Positions 24,832 through 37,688 of a stretch of 64,000 nt of DNA are shown piece after piece (position 1 is the first letter of the stretch; each line of letters begins with the position of its first letter). Origin of the DNA: Fistulifera solaris (Eukaryota). The notes beneath the pieces are model-generated. The model had not been told where the DNA came from. It did not search any database and saw nothing but the letters and a program-made list of their open reading frames with translations. The position numbers and the translations under genes were made by a program. The stretch spans positions 124,001 through 188,000 of the forward strand of contig AP026153.1 in the NCBI GenBank assembly GCA_030295235.1, in the 5' to 3' direction.

Positions 24832-25532
24832 TAAACGAGAGCGTGCCGATACCCGTTGACGTGACTATACTGCAACCCACATTTTCCACCAGGTTTTGCT
24901 TCTGTGAATAGGACTGCTCGTTGATTTCAGATTCAACGGGGTGAATCTTGAGAAAGCTATGATAAGAAAAGGGGTGCAGACTGCTGCAGTCCTCGACTGA
25001 AATTGCCTACCCTAAAGCTAATGAAGTTTGTTTGAGTAATTCTGTAAGTTGTAATTTATTGCTCATTCCTTTACAAGGAGACTGAGAACATGAATCTATG
25101 AAATTATCGATAATGCCCAGAAGGTCGACTTTAGCTAAGATTAGGTTTGTTTTACTGTACGACTTAAAATCTGCAGCGTCTGCTTGACTTCTCGATCGTG
25201 AAATTTGGCGCCGACTTTTTCGTCCGCGAAGCTTAGATCTATTCTAGAGAGGTGTGACCAGTAGCAATGTGTGTGTGTCAACTACAGTGGGAATTTTCCA
25301 AGTATGATAATTTCGGTGCCGCTTCAAAGTCTAGAGGTCTACATTGCACTACCGTACCAGCTTGCTCCACCAGGTTTCAAGTGTCAAGAGTCAAGAAGGA
25401 TTTTCGAGAAAAGAAAAATTTAAACCGAAATGACCTGCCCCTTTCGAAACACAAAAACAGCCTCGTGCATCAAAGAGCACAAGGATTTTATTTTACTTTC
25501 ATTGGTCTGTCTAAGCTGACTACAAGAGTAAA

Positions 25533-26173
25533 ATGCCGGACTATTTGAAGCTTCTTATCTATTCATTGGCATCCAGTGGTACGTGCAGCGTTGGGCTTTG
25601 GAGCTGGCACCGATGATATTACTGCTGTTATTCTTGCTTCGCAAGATAAATGTCGTGTGACATCCGACGCAATGTACAAGTCAGATGCATGCTACCTCTA
25701 ATGTCATCTAATAGCTTTGCGTTCTCTTTGTAGCTTTGTGGCTGGCTGAAGCCGCCGACGAGAACGATCGACATCTTTTTCAACGAAGTCTGCAGCTGAC
25801 AGGAGTATGCGACCCCATTCCTCCTGGTACCAACCCCAGAGTGTGTCGAACAGTTATTGGTACTGGAATCTGTCTAGATGCTAACGGAGAAAACTTTAAT
25901 GCGTGCTTCAAATATGGAGGACTACATGGTTTCACGAAAACGGATTGTCGAGATGTTGCTGAAGCGAGTGGCAAGGCTGTAGGCTGGCAGTACGGCGCTG
26001 TAGGATTGATACCCAGAGTGTGTGTGCTTTTCTTTGACGAAGCTGATGTCGATGGCCGCGTGACAAATCTTTGCCCGAGCGACTTTAGTCAATTTGGGCT
26101 TTCGGGTCGACTTGGGACGGGTTTTCCCAAACAGACGGCGGATGGTATCTTTGAGTGTTATAGCTGCGAATAA
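25533..26173 (+). CDS. secreted 9-Cys protein, family copy 1
   Basis: Exon 25533-25578, intron 25579-25733 (phase 1), exon 25734-26173. Sequence MPDYLKLLIYSLASSALWLAEA|ADENDRHLFQRSLQ...CYSCE. Confidence 0.85.
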
Positions 26174-26877
26174 ACATGTAAGCAATAATGATTTACATAC
26201 GAGTGCCAAGACAGCGGCATCGCTGAATGATTACTTCTGCTCTTGCACTGCGTGATTACGCAGGCACCGCTATCGAGGGCAAACTTGAGTAATAAAGATT
26301 GCCTATTGTTATTCCTTGCTATCTCTAGAATGGCGTTCACCTCGAGGAGAATCGGTTACGATGTTTGGTTTCGGGTAGTCGTTGGCTTGGGATAGACTTT
26401 AAGGCGTAATGTGTGAAAAAGTGAAGGCCGTCGGAGGAATGCACTAATCTATCGGCGTCGTACGTAAGGTTTAGTAATCTTAGTTGTTGGAGAGAGGAGC
26501 TTTCACCTCACATCATGACTACCGGTACCAGGTACTGTAAGGGGTAAGGTTACTACGTAATCTGCATCCGCCGATAACTTGCCTATGTATTTCGTCACAA
26601 CCGATAATAAAGAAAACAGAACAGTTTTCACGATTAAGGCGTACAATAAAACATTTACAGCTAGTTTCCGGCGGTAGTCCTATGTAAAAAATTGGAAGAA
26701 CATTACGATCAGAACGCAAAAAATCCATGACACCACGTTGCGACGATAAAGCAAACCGATCATCTATCGTGACAGAGACAGCAACACAAAAAATCTTTCT
26801 TTGATCAACAGATCGAACAACGATTCAACTCACATCGGTATCATAGCCGCTAACAGTGTATTCAAAAGACCGTCATA

Positions 26878-27499
26878 ATGGCCGGAAAGCTCACCAGCGC
26901 TCTACTTTTCTTTGGTCGTAAGTCTGTTGTCCCCATCGTCGAATTTTCGTATTGACCCCGCCAACCCTGCATCCTCCTGTCATCTGACCTCGTTTCCTCG
27001 AATTCAATGACAAGTAGTGGGGGGATGTTCTGCACATGATTGGAATTTACCTCTCTTTGAAAGAAATGTTCAAATCTTAGGATTATGCCCGGATATCGGC
27101 AATGACGATCCGCCTACGCCACCCTCCCCAGCTCCATCACAGGCTCCTACTTTTGTTCCGAGAAATTGTAACTCGAATGTGGGCTCTGGAATTTGCTTGG
27201 ATGCCAACGGCAATGCTTTCGACTCTTGCACCAAAATCGTTAATCCGCTGAATTACTCTCGAGGAAAATGCCAAAAGGCGGCGGAATCCGTGCCGAACTC
27301 TGTGGGTTGGCAATATGGTTTGTCTGGAAGTATTCCCTTGGCCTGTATTATCTATTTTGACGACGTTGACTCGCAAAATGATGTAAAACCACTCTGTCCT
27401 GAAGGTTTCGGAATCCTTACAACGTCCAGCAATACAGGAACCGGGTTCCCACAGTCGGGTGGCGAAGGATTTTTGGGATGCTATTCTTGTGAGGACTGA
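26878..27499 (+). CDS. secreted 9-Cys protein, family copy 2 (Pro/Thr linker)
   Basis: Exon 26878-26917, phase-1 intron from 26918 to 27014 or 27017 (NAGNAG acceptor). Sequence MAGKLTSALLFFGL(V)GGCSA|HDWNLPLFERNVQ...CYSCED. Confidence 0.85.
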
Positions 27500-28215
27500 T
27501 CTAGCTGCAAAATGTCGTTGCACTCTAGATAGATGCAGTATAGGCTGTTATTCTGATTTCAAAATTTAAAAGAGGATGCGCTTTCAAACGAGAAGTAATT
27601 GTCAAAAATACAAGCTAGAAGATGGGCCTCTCTAGGGCTAGATATCCTATTACCTAGAATATTAGCTTGATTCTACGTTTACCGAGATTATTTTGGCTGC
27701 TCTTATTCACGACCTTAGTTCACTCGTCACATCTCTCTAGCTCCGAGACGACACCGACACAGGACAGGAGACAGGACGAACCCGGACACCTATTGCCGGA
27801 CAAATAATGAGAGTTGCGACGTTGCGACAGTAGGTAGAAATGTACACGTTTGAAATTTATTTAGACCTAATAAATTGATGTCTATCAGGTATAGTGTACC
27901 CTACCTTACTTCGTTGAAAGCGAATAAAGTCGCAAGGGCCTGTTATTTTGGTGAGAAAATCATCTGAAAAGCCCCTGGAAGGTTCGGGAAAAAGTGTACA
28001 CTCACGTAGGCCCCCCGTAGAAAAATGTACCAAGCAGAGGTGCGTTCCCGTGTCTCCCTGGCCTTTGTGACCATTATTTTTACGTTTTGAATCTCGGAAG
28101 ACGAGAACGCGTGCTTCTCTTTTGCTGCCAGCTTTTGCTGCCTCTCATTCATCTTGCAAAAGAGCACTAAACCACAGCTTTTAATAACTTGCATAACACC
28201 AGATTCTTGACTACA

Positions 28216-28840
28216 ATGAAGTTCACCGGATCTGCCTTGACACTTGCCGTTACAACCAGTAAGTGCTTTCCGATCACGAAAGGTTGCTCTAGGGTTTCAA
28301 TGAGATGACCGACACATTCTCACCATTCGGCCTTTGTTTACAGGTTTGGTTGCTGCTCAGATGGGCCTTTTTGAGCGTTCTCTCGACTCGCACATCAGAA
28401 CCATTTGCGGTATCGACATTATCTCTCCCACGCCTCCTCCGACGACGTCTCCTTCGTCCGCCCCAAGTGCTGCTCCTAGTATCTCTACGGCTCCTACGAT
28501 TCTTGTGAAAGCCTGTGACGACAACATCGGGCAAGGTCAATGCTTAGACAGTACGGGTGAACCCTTCGATTATTGCACTTTGAATCTCGGAGAAGTGACA
28601 CCGGAGACATGTCAATCAATTGCGGAAGCGTCCGAGAAGTCCGTGGGATGGCAATTCGTAGGGTTCAAATTTGTTCCTGGAGTGTGCACAATTTACTTCT
28701 CTGAAGACGACTCGGGTGACGATGTGCGTGATTTGTGTCCGGAGAACTTTGCGGGCTTTTCCATCCGCAAAGGTACAGGATTTCCAGTTTCCACTGGCGA
28801 TGGGCTAGGCGCATGCTTTGCCTGCAATAAGAGGGACTAA
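28216..28840 (+). CDS. secreted 9-Cys protein, family copy 3 (PSxAPS linker)
   Basis: Exon 28216-28258, intron 28259-28343. Sequence MKFTGSALTLAVTTSLVAA|QMGLFERSLD...CFACNKRD. Confidence 0.85.
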
Positions 28841-29353
28841 GTGATGCCTTTCGAGTAAGATTCTTGATCCACAATGTTAGGTTCAAAAAATTGATTACTT
28901 TTTTATTGTTAAAAATTGTAAAAAAAACCAGGTCATATCAACTTGTTGTTATAAGTTGCTCACGTCGTGAAGAGCAATGAGGTGATATCAGAGATCTAGT
29001 TTAATCTCTAAGAGTCAATCATCGTGAACATAGATGCATCTCAGATCTCAGTCCCGATCCTTTTTTTGTCCATCGAAGCACACGTTTACACATTCAAATT
29101 TCCGTTGTGTTCGTGAGGTGCGCGGGATGTGTTTTTACTCCGTATGTCATGATAGTGACTATAGCGTATAATGTAGCTGTTTGAATAGGCAATATTTTGA
29201 TTCTTTGTTGTATCCAAGTTCCCCTTCTCCGCCTCCTGCCTTGCGCATGAAGTCCGAAGGCCGCGAAGCACCTTTTTCCTTAGAACGCTGTTTGTATTAT
29301 TTATAGACCGTCACAATCTATTGATAATATTGTGAAAACTTTGCTTCACGAAG

Positions 29354-29976
29354 ATGATCATCAACAAATCTTTGCTGGCTCTTGTTGCAACATCGAGTAA
29401 GTGAATCCCGATCGCACGACGATCTTGCACAATTGCACATGGATGAGGAGGAACTTGTGATATCGGTGTTCTCATTCCACGTAATTCAATGATTTTCTTT
29501 CAGGTTCGGTTGCTGCTCAGATGGGTCTTTTCGAGCGTTCCCTCGATTCGCACATCCGAACAATTTGTGGTATTGACTTTATCGGCCCCACCCCTCCTCC
29601 AAGTGTTTCTCCCACCGCTTCGCCGGCTCCCACGCCCGTTCCCAAGTCATGTGGCACCAATATTGGACGCGGTGATTGCGTAGACAAGGCAGGAAATGGC
29701 TACGATTACTGTGTATCGGCTCCTCTGGCATATTCACCCAGTGAATGCCGAGCCATGGCCGAATCTTTGGAGTTGTCCGTGGGCTGGCAAATGGGCCCCT
29801 TCAACTTACCGGCTTTTTCCTGCACGATTTATTTTGATAACGCGGACTCTGGTAGCTTTGTGAACCCTCTATGCCCTGACGGCTTCACGGGGCTCTCGAT
29901 CCGCGAAGGAACGGGTCTTCCTGTTGGCGTGAACGACCAGGTGATCCCCCTTGTCGCGTGCTTCGTTTGTGACTAA
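29354..29976 (+). CDS. secreted 9-Cys protein, family copy 4
   Basis: Exon 29354-29396, intron 29397-29503. Sequence MIINKSLLALVATSSSVAA|QMGLFERSLD...CFVCD. Confidence 0.85.
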
Positions 29977-31299
29977 ATATTGAAAGGCAGTTTAGGATTT
30001 GATGAAGGGTTTTCAAGCATCTTGGGATGGGATGTTTTTCTTTTGTGTCTTCGATTTAACGTTAATTTTAAAAGTAAAACACAAGTGTGTACGTAGTTCC
30101 AGATGATTCATGCCCGAAGATGGGACTGAGCAACTAACTCGAGCCGTTCAAGTAAATCTAAAGCATTCTACCCATGCAGATGGGGTGTTCGTAAATATAA
30201 GGAATTTGAAGCTCAGACTAACTTGATAACGCGTGCAGTCGGCCAATCATGGATCGTCGAAACCAAATTCTTGTACGATGCTTCCATAGTTCCAGCCCTT
30301 CAAATTTTCTATCAAGGAAGCAGTCAGCGATAATTTCTCTAGTAGAATGCATCGAAGCAGATCTCGAGCAAGGCGGCTTCGTGACGCCTGACACTTGAAA
30401 ACAGGGTCAAGGTTTGTCAAGCTGTTCAACAGCAGAGCTTTCTTTGGAAAGGCCACACATTCCCTAACGCCTGCTGCCCAAGCTAAAAAGTTAACGAGCA
30501 GATTGATATAATCAAACATGTCATGTGACTCTTGATGCAACTATTTCAGTCTCGGGACGAGGGACTCTCTAGCTAAGGCCACTTCTGGACGCCTCAACAC
30601 GATTCAGGACTCAGGAGTCAGTAGTCAGGACGACTCCTCGAGACACATGACACATGACACATGACTAAGGTCTTGGGGTTTGAAAAAGGCCCGGCCAAAA
30701 ATCTCCACCTACAAGTAATTGCGTTCAACGTTCAACGTTCAAATTACTCCGTGTTTGAATCGATGTCTTTAACATTTTTCGACACCTTGCTTTCAAGTAT
30801 TTAGGCGAATCTTCCATTTATTTAACCTTAAGCTGACGCGCGAAATTCTCAAAATCGCTCCTCTTATTACACTCTCAATCACACTAATCTCCGAAAAGTC
30901 TTCAACAGCGAAAACGCTATGATAGGGAGTTTGAATACTATGCAATCCACATGTTGCGCACGCGCGCTAGCAGCTAAGTAAAAACCATGATGTCGTAATT
31001 AATGACTGCGTCAAGCACGAACCACGTGGTCCTTATGCCATAATATTCGTGACCAAAAGCAGATTACTACTGGAGGACTTTGATCTGCCCCTCGGCAAGA
31101 CTGGAAATCCGAACTTGGCGGAGGTTTCGCGCATGCTAAAAACTCAAACGGAAAGCATTCACATGGCTTTGCAACGCCAACGGTTGAACAGGTTGCGAAC
31201 CGAGGACGAAAATTGTCAAACTCCTTTTGCGCTTCGTCTCTCTGAGGCATGCATAATTCAAATACTCACCATAAACAGAAGCAAAGACGATCTGTAAGG

Positions 31300-34200
31300 A
31301 TGCGGCAATCTTGTCTATCGTTGTCGTCCTTTGTCTTAGCCCTCGGCTGTTTGCTCTGTATTGTGGGCTCCAAGGTGCGAGCCGATACAGGAGAAGTCAC
31401 TGTAGCGCAACAACAACTAATATTTCTACAAAACGCTTGCCCACAAGAACTTCGCTGCCCTGGAGGGACCCGGCGGAGACCCAACTTTATCTTATGCCAT
31501 CCGACTCGCAATCAAGAAATTTGCTCGGCCTTTTCGCTGATCCGAAGAAGCATGGGATATCAATGCGGGAAATGTCCTCCGACGCCACAGTGTTCCCCTC
31601 AAACCGGAGTCGTCGCCGTGCCGACAATCCCCGAAATAGCCGGACGCCGACAAATCAGTTTAAACGCCGTTCCTCATTTGTGTATCTTGTGGAAAGTCAC
31701 CAACCGCAGTCGGCAACCTGTCGCCCGATCGTATCAAGGATTCGATTGGGAGTTGTATGGTCCGGACGCCAGCTCCAACTCCTTAACGTGTGCGGCCGGC
31801 AACTGTACCATCGCGATGCCACCTTCGGCCGACAATGTTCGTTACGAACTGCTTACCGTGGTGGCTCGACATGACGATACTCCAGCGCGTTTCTTAGAGC
31901 AAGCTACCTTTGGAGCTACACGGAGTGACTTATCTTCTTTCCCTGTCAACTATACACGATGGTTACGAAATCAAATCAACAACGTGCCTCCTTCGTATCA
32001 TCGCGAGTATTACCGGCGTCGCTTGAATCACCGTTTTGAACACGCGTCACCGCAGGGCATCGTCACGCATCCGTGTCAAGTCGGCACCCGGTATCGGCGG
32101 TACGCATTTAGTGACAAAGATCGAAACGATCAGTTGCAAATACGGACTGTCGGAAGTAACAAAGTATTTTTGGTGGATGGTCAGATTCGGACCGTACTCC
32201 CTGCAGAAACTACCGCAACGCTCTGGGATGGAGCCAATCGAGCGATTGCGGATGGCGTGTACACAATGTGCCGCAAGATTGACAACTACATCGGCACCGC
32301 GTGGAGAATAATACACCGAGGGTCATGTACCGAAGTCTTTCATACATCGCCCTCGCAGAACACCGCCGCGAATAAGAGAGTTTTGGGAGTACCTCCCGTC
32401 TTTTTTTACAAGCAATATTCCGCCTGATTTGCCGGTGGTGTCCTTGGATGGGAATGTTGTCGAATGGGATAACTTTTTGTACGCTTCGACTGATCGACCA
32501 CAGGAATTGATGGTAGTGAAACAAATGAATCAGCCCGTCTGTTCGAGCATCCCCGAGACAGTCACCCGTGATGTTGAAACAGTCGTCGGAATATACAAAG
32601 GTCGATATTATCTGCACGACAGTCGCTTTATTCTCGAAGAAAACACTTTACAAGTACCGTATGCGGACGGAGGTAGTGCGCTCGTTCAACAATCCTTGTC
32701 GCAAACAGATGATGAACGATTTCATGTGTCCTGCGGCAATGTGGCACCTACGATCGATAATGAACAATACTGCCGAATGGTACCGGTTGAGCAGTTGGCA
32801 AACAACGTTTGCACCTCCGGCGACACTATCTCGACTGAAAGCATCACTTTGACTCAGGAAACTTTGGAAGAAGTCTACATGGCCGGAGGGCGCTATTTGT
32901 ATGTTGTGACGGGATTGCGTCAAGATGAGTTTTTGTTGCATGATCCTCCGTGCTCTCCAGGCACAACATCGCGTTGGCTCAAACTACAAACATGCCCGAC
33001 TACGACGACCCCACTTCAAAGCGATACGATTACCGTGTTGCGACAGCTTTTGACTAGCAGCACTGACTTGCATCCCTTTTTGAGAGACGTTCTGTTCCCT
33101 ACTCTAGGCTCAGCATGCCATTCAAATGATCGAAATACGTACGACATGGTTGTACGATTGACAAATGGCGAGTGTTGGCAAAATATACATCCTGCTAATT
33201 ACCAAGTTTACGATTTCACCAATTGGGTAACAAATCATCCGGGAGGACCTGCTGCCATTGAGCATTTTTTTGACGGAAAGCTTCACCCTTTTCTATCCAG
33301 GCAACCACGAAATGATGCGATGGAATGAGAATTCACCAGTCCATCTAGTGGAAATAGGACGTTTTATGGACACTATAGATGTTCAAGAAGGCAGTCCCGT
33401 GGCTGACTCACTGTCCACGTTACTGCTTCAAGATGATCTGGAAGGCTCCACTCTGCTTTGCGGTAGTCCATCAGAAGTTGCCAACGATCTTACTTTGGGC
33501 GGGAGCATGTATCGAGGAGCTTTCGACGCGATGACAAATTACAATCGGACCACCCTCACAGAAGACTTAGAACGCCAGCGAACGAGTATCTGGTTGGAAA
33601 TGGCATTACGCGCACCTGATACGCTCCGACAGAAGGTCGCATGGATCTTGTCACAAATTCTTGTGGTAAGTCCAGACGCGATCGAAACGTACTGGAATAC
33701 TGAGCAGTTTCTGCACTATTACGACATATTTGTGAGGAACGCTTTCGGCAACTATCGAGATGTCCTGAAGCAAGTAGCATACAGCCCTCTCATGGCAGAA
33801 ATGCTCAGGTGAGTGAGAATTGTTGTGAAATGAGCTTCATTAGCCTCATCTGCTAACACCCCTGTTTCTGTCTCGCAATGCTAGTTACCAAAATGGTCAT
33901 TCTACGCAATATGTGTATCATACCAAACGACGCCTAGAGTACGCTGATGAGAACTTTGCTCGCGAGCTCGCCCAGTTGTTTAGCACCGGACTCGTGCCCT
34001 TGCGCCTAGATGGAAGTGTTGTACCGGCTGGTTCGACAACGTATACTAACGATGATATCGCGGAATATGCTCGACTGTGGACGGGCCTGGTCCGTCAACG
34101 TCGTCGAGGAAACATCGAAGATTCCGTGCAGGCGGGGCGCAATCAAATTGATCCCATGCGCATCAACGTTCAAGTAAAAGACGTCTTTCCTAAAATGGGC

Positions 34201-37200
34201 TTGCAGAGGCAGTATGTTGGTGATGGCATTGCTCGATGTGTCGATTTACCTTCTCAGCACCATCTCCAAAAAGGAGCTGTATACCGCTTACTTGGAACCA
34301 CGCCGAGTCCACGGCTGTTGCACCAACCTGCCTCGTGGTCGAGTGATCATTCAGTATCTAGAATACGACTGAGTCGTGCATCTCCTCTTTTACGGCTTTG
34401 TGTCAAGTCGGTGCCAACTCAACTTGCTCGTATCCTGCTGTTGTGGTCTTGCCGCGAACTTTGCCATGCAGCGACGAAAACTACTGCAATATTGTCCCCC
34501 GCATTTTGGAAGTCGATGCCGGCATTTACTATGAGTACACTCAACCTTCATGTGTGCAAATGGCATTTTACAACAACGGTGTCGTTCAATCATCCTTGAC
34601 ATCAACCCATTGCGCCGATCCGTTAATGGCGAACGGCGCAGTAGCATGCTGCCGTACTGGGAGCGATGCTGTCGATTGAGTCGCTCCAGATTCGCGGGCG
34701 AACTCCTCACACGTAATGCTGCGCGACAGCTTTGCCAAAATGCTGGACTCGATCTGTGTGACCGACCAAAATGCACTTCTGCTTTCAAAGAGAACAAAGC
34801 ATGCGATGACACTTTGGGATACTGGACGAATACTCCTTGCAGAGGATTAGCTGCGAAGGTTGATGTTGAGGGGCGTGTAGCCATTGTTCATAGTACTGTT
34901 GGCGACGCAGCTATCTATTATTCTGTCGAAGACGACACCAAGACATTTTTCCGTGTGGATTGGAATCGCCTTGATTTCGTTAGCGCATACGCAAGCACTT
35001 GTACCCAAGCCGGGTGTGTTCGGGAAGCCTCAGATAATATGTGCGTGTGCCCTGTGACTGTTGAAGAGCGTGTCGTCTTTCTAGATCCGGTGACGAATCC
35101 TCCCAACAAAAATGATATTCTCGATAAATTAAAGATCGGTGCCTTTGCTCCGATGTCAGCTAGCGTTACACTAGCAAATGGCGTCGTATGGTATCCCAAT
35201 GAACGTGTGTTCGAGCTCACCGACGACGTGGGGCGAAAGCAGTATCGAGCAAACCTGGAGTCTCGCGTTAAAGTGGGAAGCAGCACGTTGTGGTTTCGCA
35301 ATCCTCCCCATTTCATGTCGCTTACATTGCCTGAGAAACGTGATGCGGTCTATGAAATAGAGGCTGGATTGGATCATTTCTTTGTAAGTGCGATCGTTGC
35401 GTCCATATCAAATGCATAATCACCGCCCACTTACCTTCTCTGGAACACCACTTGCATCCATAGTATCACCCGAATACAGCACCATTTTTAGCGCTTCGTT
35501 TTTTACAGCGTTTCGGATTTTCCAACCCGTCACCCAGCTTCATCGAGTCAGTAGCAAAAGCATTTATTGCGGGTCGCTATACTACTACTGATGGTACTGT
35601 CTTTGGTAGCGGCTCATACGGTGACTTGAGTGCAATGGTAACATCTATCTTATTAGATCGGGAGAGCCGATCTCCCATCTTGGACTATGACCCTACATTC
35701 GGCTCAGTGCTTGAACCCTTTGGAAAGTATGTAAAAGTTTTGCGGGCACTAGAGTGGCAAGCCGATCGAGACGATCCACATATTCGTCTCCGGGCTGATC
35801 TCCAAGACTGGATCGGACAAGAAGCACATCGATTGCCCAGCGTGTTTTCCTTCTTCCTTCCAGAGTACTCGCCTCCCGGCCCCTTGGGGAGTGCTGGAAT
35901 GGTGTGCCCCGAATGCCAAGTAATGACAGGGCCGAAATCATTGGCTTTGATGAATGGATTGGCCAGTTTGATCAAATACGGACACGATAATGCTTACGGC
36001 GGATTCGGCTTTGGGCGAGGTGGTGATGAGCATCGGCGATCTCTAGGAAACTTTGCTCAATATTCAAATGGCCGATTAACATACGCTCCATCTACAGGAA
36101 TGACTTCTGCAAACATCGTTGAGGAATTGTCGACATTATTGACGGCGGGGCGGCTTTGGAAAGAAAAGGGTCAAGAATTAGTTCAAATATATGATGAACT
36201 CATGGCTAAAACTAGTTCTCGACAACAAAGTGTCATTTTGCTTCAGCAAATCATGACATCCACACCAGAATTTCATACCAATACAGTTGCGCGCCGCACA
36301 GCTACGAATAGCCGGCCTGGCGGCGCACGGGCGCCTTCTTCTTCCTCCGACTACAAAGCAGTGATTTACATACAGTTGAATGGAGGCTATGATTCATTTA
36401 ACTTGCTAGTGCCAAATCAATGTTCCGGCAAAAATGCTGCCGGGGTTCCGGTTCATACTCAGTATGATGAAGAACGTGGTATCCTGGCCTTAAATGCAGG
36501 AGAGCGTTCCCTAAAGATTCAAGTGAATGTGACGAAGAATACCAAATGGCCACAACCTTGCAGTGAGTTTGTAATCCACGATGAGATGCGACTTTTGAGA
36601 CAATTGTATCAGAGCGGTGAATTAATCTTTTGGCAAACACGGGGATGTTGGACGCGAAAAGCACTACGCCTTCCAATTATCGTTCTACACGCATGCAGCT
36701 ATTTGCTCATAACGCTATGATCCGCGAAAACCAAGCCGTTGATGCACGGGCACAAGCGCCTGGGTCTGGTGTGCTCGGACGACTGGCATCACGACTATCT
36801 TCCAAAGGTCTATCCACGAATTCTATCTCAATTGACAGTCCGTCGGTTGTAACGGAACCTCGACGTGGCCAAGTTCCTGCACCTTTGGTTATTAGTCGAA
36901 ATGGGGTGTCGGTCTTGGATCGAAAGCCCTCGGCTGAAGCGTCCATTAATGTGACGAAATACATGGAATCAGTCAATCGTTACAATCTTGACGAATACAA
37001 CTCGTACTTTGCCCAAACGTGGTCGCAACAGCTAATGGATGGTGCACGACAAGCAGAAGAATGGAAGGACTATTTGGACAGCGTTACCCTCGGTAGTCAT
37101 TGGCCCAGCTTGTTGCCAGAATACGGTTTGAAGTTCGCTGTCACGTCCAAAGTCATTGCGAGCCGAGCGGAACGCAAGGTGAACAGGGAGTTTTTCTTCG

Positions 37201-37688
37201 TTGATTGGTCCGGATGGGATCACCACGCTGACATGAAAGAGCGCATCCGTCCTATGTTTCAAGATCTCAACGAAGGACTGAGATGGCTTGTAGACGAATT
37301 AAAGTTACAAGGCGCATGGGAGGATGTTGCTATTGTAATCAGCTCCGATTTCGGTAGAACAATAACGGGCAACAGTGGACAAGGATCAGATCACGCATGG
37401 GGCGGTAATTACTGGATAATGGGAGGTGACATTGATGGTGGCAAGATTGTGGGCCGTTACCCGGATGATTTGACTCGTAATGGTCCGCTAAATATTGGTC
37501 GCGGTCGTCTTATTCCGACGACGAGTTGGGACGCGGTGTGGAATGGGGTAGCGGAATGGATGGGTGCAACGTCTCCGGAAGACTTAGACTTTTGCCTTCC
37601 CAACCGCAATTCCGTAGACGGAGGGACTGCAAGTGAATTTACCCCATTGTTAGGAGCAACTGACTTGTTCCATAAAGCAGCGGCTTGA
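31300..37688 (+). CDS. very large secreted DUF1800-DUF1501 fusion protein
   Basis: Signal peptide. DUF1800 motifs ARFLEQATFG, DTLRQKVAWILSQILVVS, YYDIFVRNAFGNYRDVLK, DENFARELAQLF, YHPNTAPF and LPSVFSFF. DUF1501 motifs LNGGYDSFNLLVP, LFAHN, GWDHH, SDFGRT and GSDHAWGG. Introns at 33809-33884 and 35384-35463. Frameshifts near 32405, 33268, 34390, 34675 and 36628. Confidence 0.88.

Noticed and set aside
25533..29976. The 9-Cys family as frustulins or silaffins
   Set aside because: They lack the frustulin acidic Cys repeat (CEGDCD) and the Lys/Ser-rich KxxK repeats of silaffins. Only the RxL motif and Pro-rich linker are shared.
31049..31297. 82-aa ORF just upstream of the DUF1800 gene
   Set aside because: Non-ATG start, no recognisable motif and no supported splice junction into the downstream gene.
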